Shown: piece after piece, positions 52,951 to 62,214 of the stretch | How the letters are laid out: each line of letters begins with the position of its first letter | How positions within the stretch are numbered: the stretch's first letter is position 1 | NCBI GenBank assembly: GCA_963790545.1 | Contig: CAWBPA010000012.1 | Coordinates: 6,461-70,460 of the forward strand | DNA length: 64,000 bases | Source of the DNA: Vicinamibacterales bacterium | GTDB lineage: Bacteria; Acidobacteriota; Vicinamibacteria; Vicinamibacterales; JAMQPK01 | Direction: 5' to 3' | Notes under the pieces: model-generated | Databases searched by the model: none | Seen by the model: only the letters and a program-made list of their open reading frames with translations | Told to the model about the DNA's origin: nothing | Position numbers and translations under genes: made by a program

Positions 52951-55626
52951 CTATCGAGTCGCGGCCGGCGCGAGCTCTTTCAGCTCCTCGGTCCAGTTGA
53001 GGACGATGTTGATATCCCGGATGGGCCGCTCGGGTTCGAGGGGTTGGACCATCAGAAAGCGCCCATCGGCCGCGACGTCGTAGCCGGCGAGACCTGAGCC
53101 ACCGGCCTCGAACCTGCCTTGGAAAAGCTCCCGAGGCTGTCCGGCCGACAGAACCGGTTGCGTGTCGATGTCCACGGCCATCATCCTGCTCTCCCACCGA
53201 TAAAAGAGCTCACGGCCCGTTCGAGACCAGACGGGCGACGCCCCGCCAATCGTAGAGACTTGAAGGCGGGCCCCAGGCCCTGGGAACGGCGTGACGTAAA
53301 CGTGAATGGACTGCGCGGACTGAACCACGTAGGCGAGCCACTTGCCGTCAGGTGAGAGCCGAGGACTGATGTCGGGGTCGGGAGTCCTGATGACGATGTG
53401 AGTTTCGTGGCTGCCCTCGAGCGACAGCTTCCAGATGTCCGCCCCCGACGCGAAATTCATCGGATCGAAGCCGTGAAACACCAACCACTTGCCGTCCGGC
53501 GTGACGGATCCGGGAACTGCCACCAGGCCCGACATCAGCCCCTCTTCCGCACCGCTGCTATCGGCGGCTTTCCAGGCGAAAGAACCGTTATGACCGGTGA
53601 AGATAATCCGTTTGGCATCGGGCGTCCATGCTGGACCTTGACCGAACGAAGCAAATGCGCTCAAGGCCCGGCGGGAAAAGTCGTAAGTCCAGACTCCCGA
53701 CGTCGCTTCCACGATGTCGAGGGCAACGTGCCGGCCGTCAGGTGAGATAACCGGTCGCCCAAAGGCACGGGGCTGCACAGGCAACGATTCGACTGTTCCC
53801 TTACGGTCCACCCAGACAAGACGGCGCTGAAAGGCTTCGGCATGACCCTGTAAATAGGCGATGGCCCCGGAATCCGACACGCTGTAGGGCGTGCCTTCGA
53901 AGCCCTCCCGGACGAACTCCGTGAGCGCGACGGAAGGGCCTATCGTCGTGAGCGCGTTGAGATCGAACGGTGCGGCCATGAGACGCCCGGCACGGGAGTA
54001 CACGATGTGACCCGACCGAACGTAACGTCCGCTGGTGGCACCAGACACGATCTCACGGTTTTCACCAGTGTCGAAGACGTGCACGTTCAGCGCGTGCTCA
54101 TCCCACCCCCAACCTTTGCGGACTGTGTAGAGCAGGGCCTTTCCCCCGGGCAACACTTGCGGCCAGCGATGACTGACTTCGCTCTTGCGATCGACCTCAG
54201 TCACCTCCTGGCAAGGCCCGCCGTTCGCGGAGACCTTCATCAGGCCGGAGCGCACGTCGGGCGCAAAGTAAATCGTGTCGTCGGAGGCCCAGCTTCCGCC
54301 GACGGCAAGTGCCGCATCGCACAAATCCATGGCCACGCCGCCGGCAACGGAAACCTTCTTCAACTTGTTCTGGGCAAAGAACCCGATCCATTGATTATCT
54401 GGAGAGAAAAAGCCGGCGCGCGCGCCCTCAGTGCCAGAAACGGGGTTGGTCTGCAGGCTGTTCATTGCGCGCCTGTACAGCAGAGGCGTCGTACCGCCGA
54501 GTCGGATCCCTACATAAATAAGTTGCGCACCGTCCGGCGACAGTGCGACGGCATCCATATCCTGTCGAAAGAGGGAAGATTGATCGTCAAGAGGGAGGGT
54601 CAAGCGAACGACTTCCGAGCTCGTGGAGGCGGCGGGTTTGAAGAGCCAAACTCCGAGAGCTCCCAGCAGGCCAGCGGCGAGCGCGACCAGTGCGGCCACA
54701 CTGGCAGAGATCCATCTGCGCCGGCCAGTCTCGGCGGCCGTGGACCGGATGGCATGAGGCGCTGTTTCCGAACTCCCCGCCGCGATCCACTTGAGCTCCC
54801 GGAACAGATCGCGCGCCGATTGCCATCGATCGTTCGGGTCCTTTTCCAGACACGTGGCAATCAGCCGGCCCAAGGCCGGCGGAGCTGACGGCACCAGCGT
54901 GGAAACGGGCTTCGGGAGATCCTTAAGGATTGCGCTCATCACGCTGACGGCGCTCTTGCCGTCGAATGCCGTGCGTCCCGTGACCATTTCGTAAAGCACC
55001 GCGCCGAGTGCGAAGATATCGGTGCGCGCGTCGACCTCGCCGCTTTCGAGTTGTTCCGGAGCCATGTACTGCAGGCTTCCCAGAATGGTTCCCTTTGCGG
55101 TCAGATCGCTTCTTGTCGCGGCGCCGGAGACGTTCGATGCGCCGTCCGACAGGCGCAGCTTCGCGAGGCCGAAGTCCAGCAACTTCACGCCGCTCTTCGT
55201 GAGCATGATGTTGCCGGGCTTCAGATCGCGATGCGTGACTCCGCGGCGATGGGCTTTGTCCAGCGCGTCCGCAATCTCCATCCCACATTGGATCGCCTGA
55301 TCGATCCGGAGCGCACCCCGTCCCAACCGGTGCGCGAGGGTTTCGCCTTCGAGCAGCTCCATGACGATGAAGTCGGTGCCGCCGTCTGAGCCGAAATCGT
55401 GAACCGCACAGATGTGTGGATGATCCAGGCTGGCAATGGCTTTGGCTTCCCGCTCGAAACGGGCACGAGCTTCGGGCTGGGCGCTTGTGTGTGCGAGCAG
55501 GACTTTGATCGCCACAATGCGATCGAGCCGCGGATCACGGGCGGAGTACACCTGTCCCATCCCGCCCGCGCCGATCGGCTCGAGGATTTCGTAGTGGCTG
55601 AGGCGTCTACCACGCTCGAGTGACAA
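52951..55626 (-). CDS. Ser/Thr protein kinase with TM helix and TolB-like (PD40) beta-propellers
   Basis: GAGGMG, VAIK, HRDLKPGN, DFG, YMAPE; SPDG repeats. Confidence 0.95.
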   Translation of the reverse strand: MSLERGRRLSHYEILEPIGAGGMGQVYSARDPRLDRIVAIKVLLAHTSAQPEARARFEREAKAIASLDHPHICAVHDFGSDGGTDFIVMELLEGETLAHRLGRGALRIDQAIQCGMEIADALDKAHRRGVTHRDLKPGNIMLTKSGVKLLDFGLAKLRLSDGASNVSGAATRSDLTAKGTILGSLQYMAPEQLESGEVDARTDIFALGAVLYEMVTGRTAFDGKSAVSVMSAILKDLPKPVSTLVPSAPPALGRLIATCLEKDPNDRWQSARDLFRELKWIAAGSSETAPHAIRSTAAETGRRRWISASVAALVALAAGLLGALGVWLFKPAASTSSEVVRLTLPLDDQSSLFRQDMDAVALSPDGAQLIYVGIRLGGTTPLLYRRAMNSLQTNPVSGTEGARAGFFSPDNQWIGFFAQNKLKKVSVAGGVAMDLCDAALAVGGSWASDDTIYFAPDVRSGLMKVSANGGPCQEVTEVDRKSEVSHRWPQVLPGGKALLYTVRKGWGWDEHALNVHVFDTGENREIVSGATSGRYVRSGHIVYSRAGRLMAAPFDLNALTTIGPSVALTEFVREGFEGTPYSVSDSGAIAYLQGHAEAFQRRLVWVDRKGTVESLPVQPRAFGRPVISPDGRHVALDIVEATSGVWTYDFSRRALSAFASFGQGPAWTPDAKRIIFTGHNGSFAWKAADSSGAEEGLMSGLVAVPGSVTPDGKWLVFHGFDPMNFASGADIWKLSLEGSHETHIVIRTPDPDISPRLSPDGKWLAYVVQSAQSIHVYVTPFPGPGARLQVSTIGGASPVWSRTGRELFYRWESRMMAVDIDTQPVLSAGQPRELFQGRFEAGGSGLAGYDVAADGRFLMVQPLEPERPIRDINIVLNWTEELKELAPAATR

Positions 55627-55690
55627 TGCCGTCTCCAGCTCTCAGAAGTGACGGCGATTATCGCGCCAGACGCGCGGAAACTCGATCGGG

Positions 55691-55706
55691 ACATATATGT
55701 TAACAT
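55691..55706 (+). promoter_or_regulatory. Overlapping palindromes, likely TA operator and -10 box
   Basis: ACATATATGT and ATGTTAACAT, ending 6 nt before the antitoxin ATG. Confidence 0.6.
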
Positions 55707-55712
55707 AAACAT

Positions 55713-56000
55713 ATGAGACGCACGACGATTTACCTCGAACCGCAGCTCGAGGTCCTGTTGAAGCTTGAAATGCGGCGGCAGCAGCGACCGATGGCGGAGA
55801 TTGTGCGCGAGGCCGTCCTCGCCTACGTCACGCGCGAACCACGCAAGGCTCCACCCGGTGCCGGCGCGTACTCGAGCGGTCGCGACGATACCGCCGAACG
55901 AGTCGACGAGGTGTTGGCCGACACGGGCTTCGGGCTGGGCGAAACGCGTGGCGGCACCCTTTCTCGCTCCGCTCGCGCGCGGCGGAAGAAGACGCGATGA
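55713..56000 (+). CDS. vapB: RHH/CopG antitoxin
   Basis: MRRTTIYL...MAEIVREAV..Y; overlaps the PIN gene. Confidence 0.85.
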   Translation: MRRTTIYLEPQLEVLLKLEMRRQQRPMAEIVREAVLAYVTREPRKAPPGAGAYSSGRDDTAERVDEVLADTGFGLGETRGGTLSRSARARRKKTR

Positions 56001-56404
56001 GCATTCTCCTCGATACCGGGATCGTGTATGCGTACTACGATCGCAGCGACAAATGGCACCAGCGGGTGCGCACGCTCGTGCAGGGGGAGCAACACGGGCT
56101 CATCCTCCCGGCGCCCGTTGTGCCCGAGGTGGATCACCTCCTTGGCCGGCGGTTGGGTCCGAAGAGTCGCATCACCTTTTATGCTGGCATTGTCGAGGGG
56201 TACTACCTGGTGGCGGATCTATCAAAGGACGGCTATGCGCGCGTGGCGGATTTGAACAGACGCTTCGACGACATCGATCTCGGGTTCGTTGATGCGTCGA
56301 TCGTTGCGCTGGCGGAGACTCTCGGCTTGTCACGAATCGCGACGACAGACCGTCGTCATTTCGACCCGCTTGCGGCAACGTTCTCGTTGGAAATCCTTCC
56401 CTAA
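55997..56404 (+). CDS. vapC: PIN-domain toxin
   Basis: LLDTG, E, LGFVDASIVALAE, TTDRRHF. Confidence 0.92.
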   Translation: MSILLDTGIVYAYYDRSDKWHQRVRTLVQGEQHGLILPAPVVPEVDHLLGRRLGPKSRITFYAGIVEGYYLVADLSKDGYARVADLNRRFDDIDLGFVDASIVALAETLGLSRIATTDRRHFDPLAATFSLEILP

Positions 56405-56420
56405 CAGGCTGCTGAAAAAC

Positions 56421-56524
56421 GCAGCCTGAAGTTGGAAGTCTGAAGTCAAAAGTCTGAAGGCTGAGAATTCCGGCCGAATTCCGAAGCTCAGACTTCAGAC
56501 TTCCAACTTCAGATTTCAGGTTGC
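56421..56524. repeat. Heptamer palindrome (GAAGTCT / AGACTTC)
   Basis: ctgaagttggaagtctgaagtc ... gacttcagacttccaacttcag. Confidence 0.85.
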
Positions 56525-56596
56525 TTCCGCTGCCGATCCACGCCAATCGACCCGATCGCGATGGCATAGGTGTCGCGATGACGATGGTAGAATGCC

Positions 56597-57163
56597 ATGC
56601 GGAAACCTTCTCGTATGTCAGAGACAATGCGGCTGGTCACGGCCGAAGAGCTCCCGGCTTTTCAAGTGGACGACTATCGGTACGAGCTCGTCGACGGGCG
56701 TGTTGTACGCATGAACCCGCCTGGCGGCCGTCATGGGTATGTCGCTTTGAACATTGGCGTGTTGCTTCACGACCATGTCAAGAAGCTGGGCCTCGGCGCG
56801 GTGATGGTCGAGTCGGGATTCACCCTGGCAAGGAATCCAGACACCGTGCGCGGTCCGGATGTGTCATTTGTCCGGAAGGAGCGGATTCCGCAGACAGGCC
56901 TTCCACGCGGGTACTGGGAAGGGGCCCCGGACCTTGCTGTCGAGGTCCTCTCACCCGACAATCGAGGGGCTGCGCTGCGCTCGAAGATCAGTGACTACCT
57001 CGCGAGGGGCGTGGTAGTCGTGGTCGTGATCGATCCCGACAAAGAGAGACTGACCGTCCATCGGCGATTGTCCGCGCCGATCATGTTGACGTCTGGGAAT
57101 GAGTTGGATCTGGATGACGTTGTAGAAGGGTTCCGCTGTCAGGTGCGTGAGATCTTCAATTGA
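56597..57163 (+). CDS. Uma2 family (DUF820) putative endonuclease; start uncertain
   Basis: YELVDG, H, RGPDVSF, PDLAVEVLSP, K..Y...G. Confidence 0.92.
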   Translation: MRKPSRMSETMRLVTAEELPAFQVDDYRYELVDGRVVRMNPPGGRHGYVALNIGVLLHDHVKKLGLGAVMVESGFTLARNPDTVRGPDVSFVRKERIPQTGLPRGYWEGAPDLAVEVLSPDNRGAALRSKISDYLARGVVVVVVIDPDKERLTVHRRLSAPIMLTSGNELDLDDVVEGFRCQVREIFN

Positions 57164-57194
57164 GTGGTCCTAACGCGGGCCCTAAAGGCCCGCG

Positions 57195-58331
57195 CTACAT
57201 CTTCTTGGTCCGTCGATATTCTGCTACGGACTTGAAATCGAAGAACGAGGCGCGCCCGTCAATGTTCTTGATGGAGCCCTCGGCCATGAGCTTCTCAACT
57301 GCTTCAGGCGCGCAGTCCAGATAGCGGGCAGCAACCTCGAGCGACACGGCGTTCGGCGTAATTTCCACGCGTTCGATGCTGCCGCGGCCGGCCCCTTTGG
57401 CGCGAAGCAGTGCAGCTTCGGCCTCGAAGACCATGCGCTCCTGATCCACCAGCGCGCCCTCCACCTGCTGAACTGCGACAACGGCCGCGCTCACCGACAC
57501 CTGCACGTGTGACTCGGTGTGGTGGTCGCGAAATCCCAGTCGTTCCTCGACCATGCTCAGCACGTGTCGGGCCAGGGCGGCTGCGTCGTCTGCATTCGTC
57601 TCGGCCAGCAACACGGCGATTGAGTCCTCTCCGTGTCGAAAGACCCAGTCTTCATGCCGGAAGTACTCGCGCATCTGAATGCCCATGCGCTCCAGGACCC
57701 GATCGCCAACGCCAAAACCGTAGGCCTCGTTGATCTGGCACAGCCGATCGATGTCGAAGACGAGAAAGGCCACCGGCCAGCGGCCACGTTCGGCTCGTGG
57801 CAGGACTGTGCCGAGAACCGCGTCCATCATGGCTCTCGTGTACAACGTGGTCAGCCGATCCCTGATCGCCGACGCCGTTGGCTCCTGCTGGAGGCGATCG
57901 GTGAATGCCGCGAGAAGGTCGAACGATCCTCGGCGAACGAGTTGAGACGTAAGGGGCCACGACTCGGAGGTCGCACCGATCTGCTCGGCCAGTGCCAGCT
58001 CGTCGAGCGCTGAGCGCTCGGTCAGGTACACGAAGTTGAAGAGCTGCTCCACCTGTAATGCGCGTTCGGTGACCAGTCGCTGAAGGGCGACGACCTGGCC
58101 CAGCCGGGAGTCAACTCGCCCCTCGCGGACGGCTGTCGCCAGGAGCTGCACCAGCAGGGTGCCGAGCTTGCTGCAGTAGTCGGCTTCGAGCGGCTGTGGT
58201 GCGCTGAACGGGAACAAGGCGATCGCGTCGCTGATGATGACGTCGAGCCGATCGAGCAGCGTGCGCGCGACGTCCTCGCGCAGGTCCACCTGGGGCGCGG
58301 GATCGGTTTCTGTGAATGCATGTGTCGCCAT
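57195..58331 (-). CDS. Degenerate GGDEF protein with helical N-terminal domain and C-terminal HTH-like domain
   Basis: DRLTTLYTR, DIDRLCQINEAYG..GD, RHED I-site, GEDSI in place of GGDEF; SLEVAARYL...L..EG.I tail. Confidence 0.82.
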   Translation of the reverse strand: MATHAFTETDPAPQVDLREDVARTLLDRLDVIISDAIALFPFSAPQPLEADYCSKLGTLLVQLLATAVREGRVDSRLGQVVALQRLVTERALQVEQLFNFVYLTERSALDELALAEQIGATSESWPLTSQLVRRGSFDLLAAFTDRLQQEPTASAIRDRLTTLYTRAMMDAVLGTVLPRAERGRWPVAFLVFDIDRLCQINEAYGFGVGDRVLERMGIQMREYFRHEDWVFRHGEDSIAVLLAETNADDAAALARHVLSMVEERLGFRDHHTESHVQVSVSAAVVAVQQVEGALVDQERMVFEAEAALLRAKGAGRGSIERVEITPNAVSLEVAARYLDCAPEAVEKLMAEGSIKNIDGRASFFDFKSVAEYRRTKKM

Positions 58332-58332
58332 C

Positions 58333-58391
58333 GCCCCTCCTAACCCTCCTAACCCTCCTAACCCTTCCTAACCCCTCCTAACCTCTCCTCT
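58333..58391 (-). repeat. Tandem (GGGTTAGGA)n array overlapping the RBS
   Basis: Plus strand cccctcctaaccctcctaaccctcctaacccttcctaacccctcctaacctctcct. Confidence 0.9.
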
Positions 58392-58555
58392 TATCGGGCG
58401 CAGTCGAAGGAGCGCTTTCCAGCCTGGACACGTGCCAGAATGGAACATCACGGCCTTCCCAGGTTTTCTGGTGATTGCCCCACAAAATAAGCGCTTTAGG
58501 TTCAACTCTTTAGATAACCTCACGGGGGGGAGCTCGACCGCCGAAAAATTGTACA

Positions 58556-60553
58556 GTGCGGAAGAAGATTGGTGAGTGTCTGATTCAGGCAGGCCTCATC
58601 ACCGACGAGGACCTGCAGGCGGCGCTAGCTGAACACCGTCGAACGGGCGACCGGCTTGGTGCGGTCCTCGTGCGCATGAATCTCGCCACCGAGAAGCAGA
58701 TTGCCAAGGCGCTCGCCTACCAGCTTGGTTTCCCGTACATCAATCTCAGTGAGAACCCGCCCGATCCCACCGCGGTAGTCCTCGTCCCGAAAGAAGTCGC
58801 ACTGAAGCGTGTGTGCGTGGCGGTAAAGCTCGAAAAGAACCTGCTCACCGTGGCCATGGCAGACCCGCTGCTGTTCAGCCTCGTGCAGGATCTCGAGTTT
58901 CAGACCGGCTACCGCATCAAGCAGGTCGTGGCGACTGGTGCCGACATCATCCAGACGATTCAGATGGGTTACCCCGACAAGGCACTGACGCGTCTGGGTA
59001 CGCCATCGGTCGGAACGCTGTCGGTCCCGGGACGTGCCGGTCGCCGAAGCGACGAACCGTCGCAGCCCGATGCCGGGCTCACGCGGCGCCTCGAGGAAGA
59101 GCCCTACGATCCGTCAACGGCCCTGAAGGAGCGGAGTGAAACCGGACCGATCATCGATTTGGTCGATCTGGTGATGAAGAGCGCGATCAAGAGTCACGCC
59201 AGCGACGTGCACATCGAGCCCATGGAAAAAGGCGTGCTCATCCGCCACCGACTGGACGGCATGTTGAAGGAGGTCATGGACCTGCCCAAGTGGGTCCACG
59301 AGGGTCTGATCGCGCGGCTCAAGATCATGGGTGGCATGGACATCGCTGAGAAGCGACTGCCGCAGGACGGCCGGCTGCGCGTGACAACCGACGAAGGCAC
59401 CGATGTGGACTTCCGTGCTTCGTCGCTTCGTACTCTGTACGGCGAGAAGATCGTGCTGCGTGTGCTCGATCAGCGCAAGGGTGTGCCTCCCCTCGAGGAG
59501 CTGGGGCTCTCGGCGGCGGCGCTCGAAGAACTGCGATTCTTCATGCGTCACCAGCACGGAATGATCCTGGTCGTCGGGCCAACCGGGTCGGGCAAGACGA
59601 CGACCCTGTGCTCCTCGCTGACATCGGTGCGATCCGAGCGTACCAACATCATCACGATCGAGGATCCGATCGAATATCAGTTGCCGGGCGTCAACCAGAC
59701 GCAAATCAACGAAAAGATCCGGCTCACTTTTGCGAGCGCGTTTCGATCGATTCTGCGCCAGGATCCGGATGTCATTCTGGTCGGGGAGATCCGTGACTTC
59801 GACACGGCGAAGATTGCCATGCAGGCGGCACAGACCGGTCACCTCGTCCTGTCCACGCTCCATACCGACGATGCACCGTCGACCGTCACACGACTGGCGG
59901 ACATTGGTGTCGAGCCGTACCTGATTGGATCGGGGCTCGTGGGTGTCGTTGCGCAGCGCCTCGTGCGTCGCTTGTGCATGACCTGTCGTCGCCAGTACAC
60001 GCCAGAGCCCGACATCCTGCGCGGGCTCAACGTCTCGGAATCAGATGCCGCCAGCATTCCCTTCTATCGTGCGGTGGGCTGTGACGAGTGCCATCACACG
60101 GGGTATCGCGGCCGCGTAGGGTTGTACGAGGTGATGCGGATAAGCGAAAAGCTCAGGCGGATGATCACGCAGCGTGCGCCCGAGGACGCGCTTCGGGAAG
60201 CTGCGTTGTCGTCGGGCATGATCAGCCTCGGCGAGGACGGCCTCACCAAGATGAAGAGTGGCATCACCACCGCAGAGGAGTTGCTGCGGGTGGTTACCGA
60301 GATTCGCGAGTTGCGGACACTGTGCTCGGGCTGCGGCGCCGCCGTGGCGATCGATTTCCTGGCGTGCCCTCAATGCGGCCGGCGGCTCAGCGGCGGCTGT
60401 ACCAGCTGCGGCCGCGCGCTCCAGCCGGGCTGGAACTTCTGCCCTTACTGCACGGTGACGACCGAATCGAAAAAGAAGGCGCGCCTGCGGGAGCGCGATC
60501 GGCGCGAACTTTCACCGGCCCCGCCGAACATCGCTGAGTTCAAGAAGCTGTGA
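58556..60553 (+). CDS. GspE/PilB-family ATPase with N-terminal MshEN motifs and C-terminal double zinc ribbon
   Basis: KIGECLIQAGLI..EDL..AL and RLGAVLV; GPTGSGKTT, TIEDPIEY, DPDVILVGEIRD, TGHLVLSTLH; CSGC-CPQC-CTSC-CPYC. Confidence 0.92.
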   Translation: MRKKIGECLIQAGLITDEDLQAALAEHRRTGDRLGAVLVRMNLATEKQIAKALAYQLGFPYINLSENPPDPTAVVLVPKEVALKRVCVAVKLEKNLLTVAMADPLLFSLVQDLEFQTGYRIKQVVATGADIIQTIQMGYPDKALTRLGTPSVGTLSVPGRAGRRSDEPSQPDAGLTRRLEEEPYDPSTALKERSETGPIIDLVDLVMKSAIKSHASDVHIEPMEKGVLIRHRLDGMLKEVMDLPKWVHEGLIARLKIMGGMDIAEKRLPQDGRLRVTTDEGTDVDFRASSLRTLYGEKIVLRVLDQRKGVPPLEELGLSAAALEELRFFMRHQHGMILVVGPTGSGKTTTLCSSLTSVRSERTNIITIEDPIEYQLPGVNQTQINEKIRLTFASAFRSILRQDPDVILVGEIRDFDTAKIAMQAAQTGHLVLSTLHTDDAPSTVTRLADIGVEPYLIGSGLVGVVAQRLVRRLCMTCRRQYTPEPDILRGLNVSESDAASIPFYRAVGCDECHHTGYRGRVGLYEVMRISEKLRRMITQRAPEDALREAALSSGMISLGEDGLTKMKSGITTAEELLRVVTEIRELRTLCSGCGAAVAIDFLACPQCGRRLSGGCTSCGRALQPGWNFCPYCTVTTESKKKARLRERDRRELSPAPPNIAEFKKL

Positions 60554-61356
60554 AGAACTATTACGCGCTGCTCTCGGTTGAGCCGTCGGCCTCGTCTGCA
60601 GACATCAAGCGCGCATTCCGGCTGGAAATCGCGCGATACCATCCGGACAAAGTTCAGCACCTTGCCAAGGAGTTTCAGGAGATGGCGGCGGTTCGCGCCG
60701 CCGAGCTGACCGAGGCGTATCGCATCCTGATGAACGGTGAGCTGAGGGCCGAATACGATCGCCAGCTGCGAATCGCGACCGCCACAGCGTCACCTGTCGC
60801 CCCACCAGTGGTTGAACCGCCAGTCACGCCGGCTTCCAAGGTCAGCACCGATCTGCCCCCGCCACCTCATCGTCCCGCGTCGCTCTTTGCCGAGGAGCGC
60901 AACACCAAAGACGAGTACGTGCGAAAGGCCACGCTCGGTCGGATCCGGAAGATCGTGGCAGACGAATTGGGGTCGATCGCCGAAATTCCGGTCCGAGGGT
61001 TCGATCTCGTCTTTACCACCGGCGCGCGCTCGAGGCTCTTTAGCAGCCGCCAGCCGGTGCCAAATTTTTTCGTTCGCCTGGTTCGCGACGTCAATGGTGC
61101 GGCCATTCGGGAAACGTGGGCGATGGCGCAACGGGCGAGGGGCACGGAGACGGGTGAGGCGTGCGTCGCGCTGCTTGGGCCCGTCACGTCGGTGCGCGAA
61201 GTGGCTGACGCGGTCTCCAAGTTGAAGCACCGGTCAGGGCGGCCATCGAGCTTACTGCTCGTTCCCGTGGATATTCGTGATTGGAGCGCTCAAGTACCCG
61301 ACAACGCGCCGAAGATCTGCAAGGTGATTCTGCGGAAACTGGTAACCGGAACTTAG
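60550..61356 (+). CDS. J-domain protein with an uncharacterised C-terminal alpha/beta domain
   Basis: NYY.LL.V, YHPDK, EAYRIL...RAEYD; GTGA overlap with the ATPase stop. Confidence 0.85.
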   Translation: MKNYYALLSVEPSASSADIKRAFRLEIARYHPDKVQHLAKEFQEMAAVRAAELTEAYRILMNGELRAEYDRQLRIATATASPVAPPVVEPPVTPASKVSTDLPPPPHRPASLFAEERNTKDEYVRKATLGRIRKIVADELGSIAEIPVRGFDLVFTTGARSRLFSSRQPVPNFFVRLVRDVNGAAIRETWAMAQRARGTETGEACVALLGPVTSVREVADAVSKLKHRSGRPSSLLLVPVDIRDWSAQVPDNAPKICKVILRKLVTGT

Positions 61357-61365
61357 AAGGTGCCG

Positions 61366-62052
61366 TTACGCGGCTCGCCTCACATCCTGTTCGACGATCC
61401 CATCGCGTAAATGAATGCTTCGGTGTGCGAACGCGGCAATGTCGGCCTCGTGCGTGACGAGAATGATGGTGTTGCCGCTCTGATGCAGCCGGTCGAAAAG
61501 CGCCATGATTTCGCTGCCGGTTTTCGAGTCGAGGTTGCCCGTCGGCTCGTCGGCCAGCAGGATCGACGGATTGTTCACCAGCGCGCGCGCAATGGCCACG
61601 CGTTGACGCTGCCCGCCTGACAGCTCATTCGGCCGATGGCTGAGGCGATCGCCCAGCTCCACCTGCGCGAGCACCGCGCGGGCGCGCTGCTCGCGCTCCT
61701 TTGCCGCCATCCCGGCGTACACAAGCGGCAGCTCCACGTTTCGAAGAGCGCTCGCACGGGGCAGCAGGTTGAAGGTCTGGAAGACGAAGCCGATTTCCTT
61801 GTTTCTGATTTGGGCCAGCTCGTTGTCGTTCATTTGCGCCACCTGCCTGCCGTTCAGCAGATAGCTGCCGGTCGTCGGCGTATCCAGGCACCCGATGAGG
61901 TTCATGAGCGTGGACTTGCCGGACCCCGATGGTCCCATGATGGCCACGTACTCCCCGCGCTCGATTTGAACGGAGACGCCGCGCAGGGCATGGATTTCCT
62001 CCGTTCCCATCACGTAGGTCTTGGTCAGGTCGTGAGTCTCTATCAGGGACAT
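61366..62052 (-). CDS. ABC ATP-binding protein (MacB/LolD type)
   Basis: [35 protein letters not shown]. Confidence 0.95.
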   Translation of the reverse strand: MSLIETHDLTKTYVMGTEEIHALRGVSVQIERGEYVAIMGPSGSGKSTLMNLIGCLDTPTTGSYLLNGRQVAQMNDNELAQIRNKEIGFVFQTFNLLPRASALRNVELPLVYAGMAAKEREQRARAVLAQVELGDRLSHRPNELSGGQRQRVAIARALVNNPSILLADEPTGNLDSKTGSEIMALFDRLHQSGNTIILVTHEADIAAFAHRSIHLRDGIVEQDVRRAA

Positions 62053-62145
62053 AAGGGAATAGGCTCGAGGCTTAAGGCATCAAGCTTAAGGCATTGACCA
62101 TATTTTGACGCTACTAGCGATACGGGAAAAGCCCTGACCGTGTTC

Positions 62146-62211
62146 CCGCCCTAACCTCTCCTAACCCCGCCTAACCCCACCCAACCTCGCCTAACCCCTC
62201 CTAACCCCGCC
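62146..62211 (-). repeat. Tandem 10-mer (GGGGTTAGGM)n array after the oppF stop
   Basis: Plus strand cctaacctctcctaaccccgcctaaccccacccaacctcgcctaacccctcctaaccccgcc. Confidence 0.9.
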
Positions 62212-62214
62212 TGT

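Noticed and set aside
55713-57163. Defence island or mobile element around vapBC and Uma2
   Set aside because: No integrase, transposase, att sites or clear composition shift; both families are commonly scattered
58333-62211. Eukaryotic telomere contamination
   Set aside because: Units are 9-10 nt rather than TTAGGG hexamers, short, and embedded in contiguous bacterial gene context
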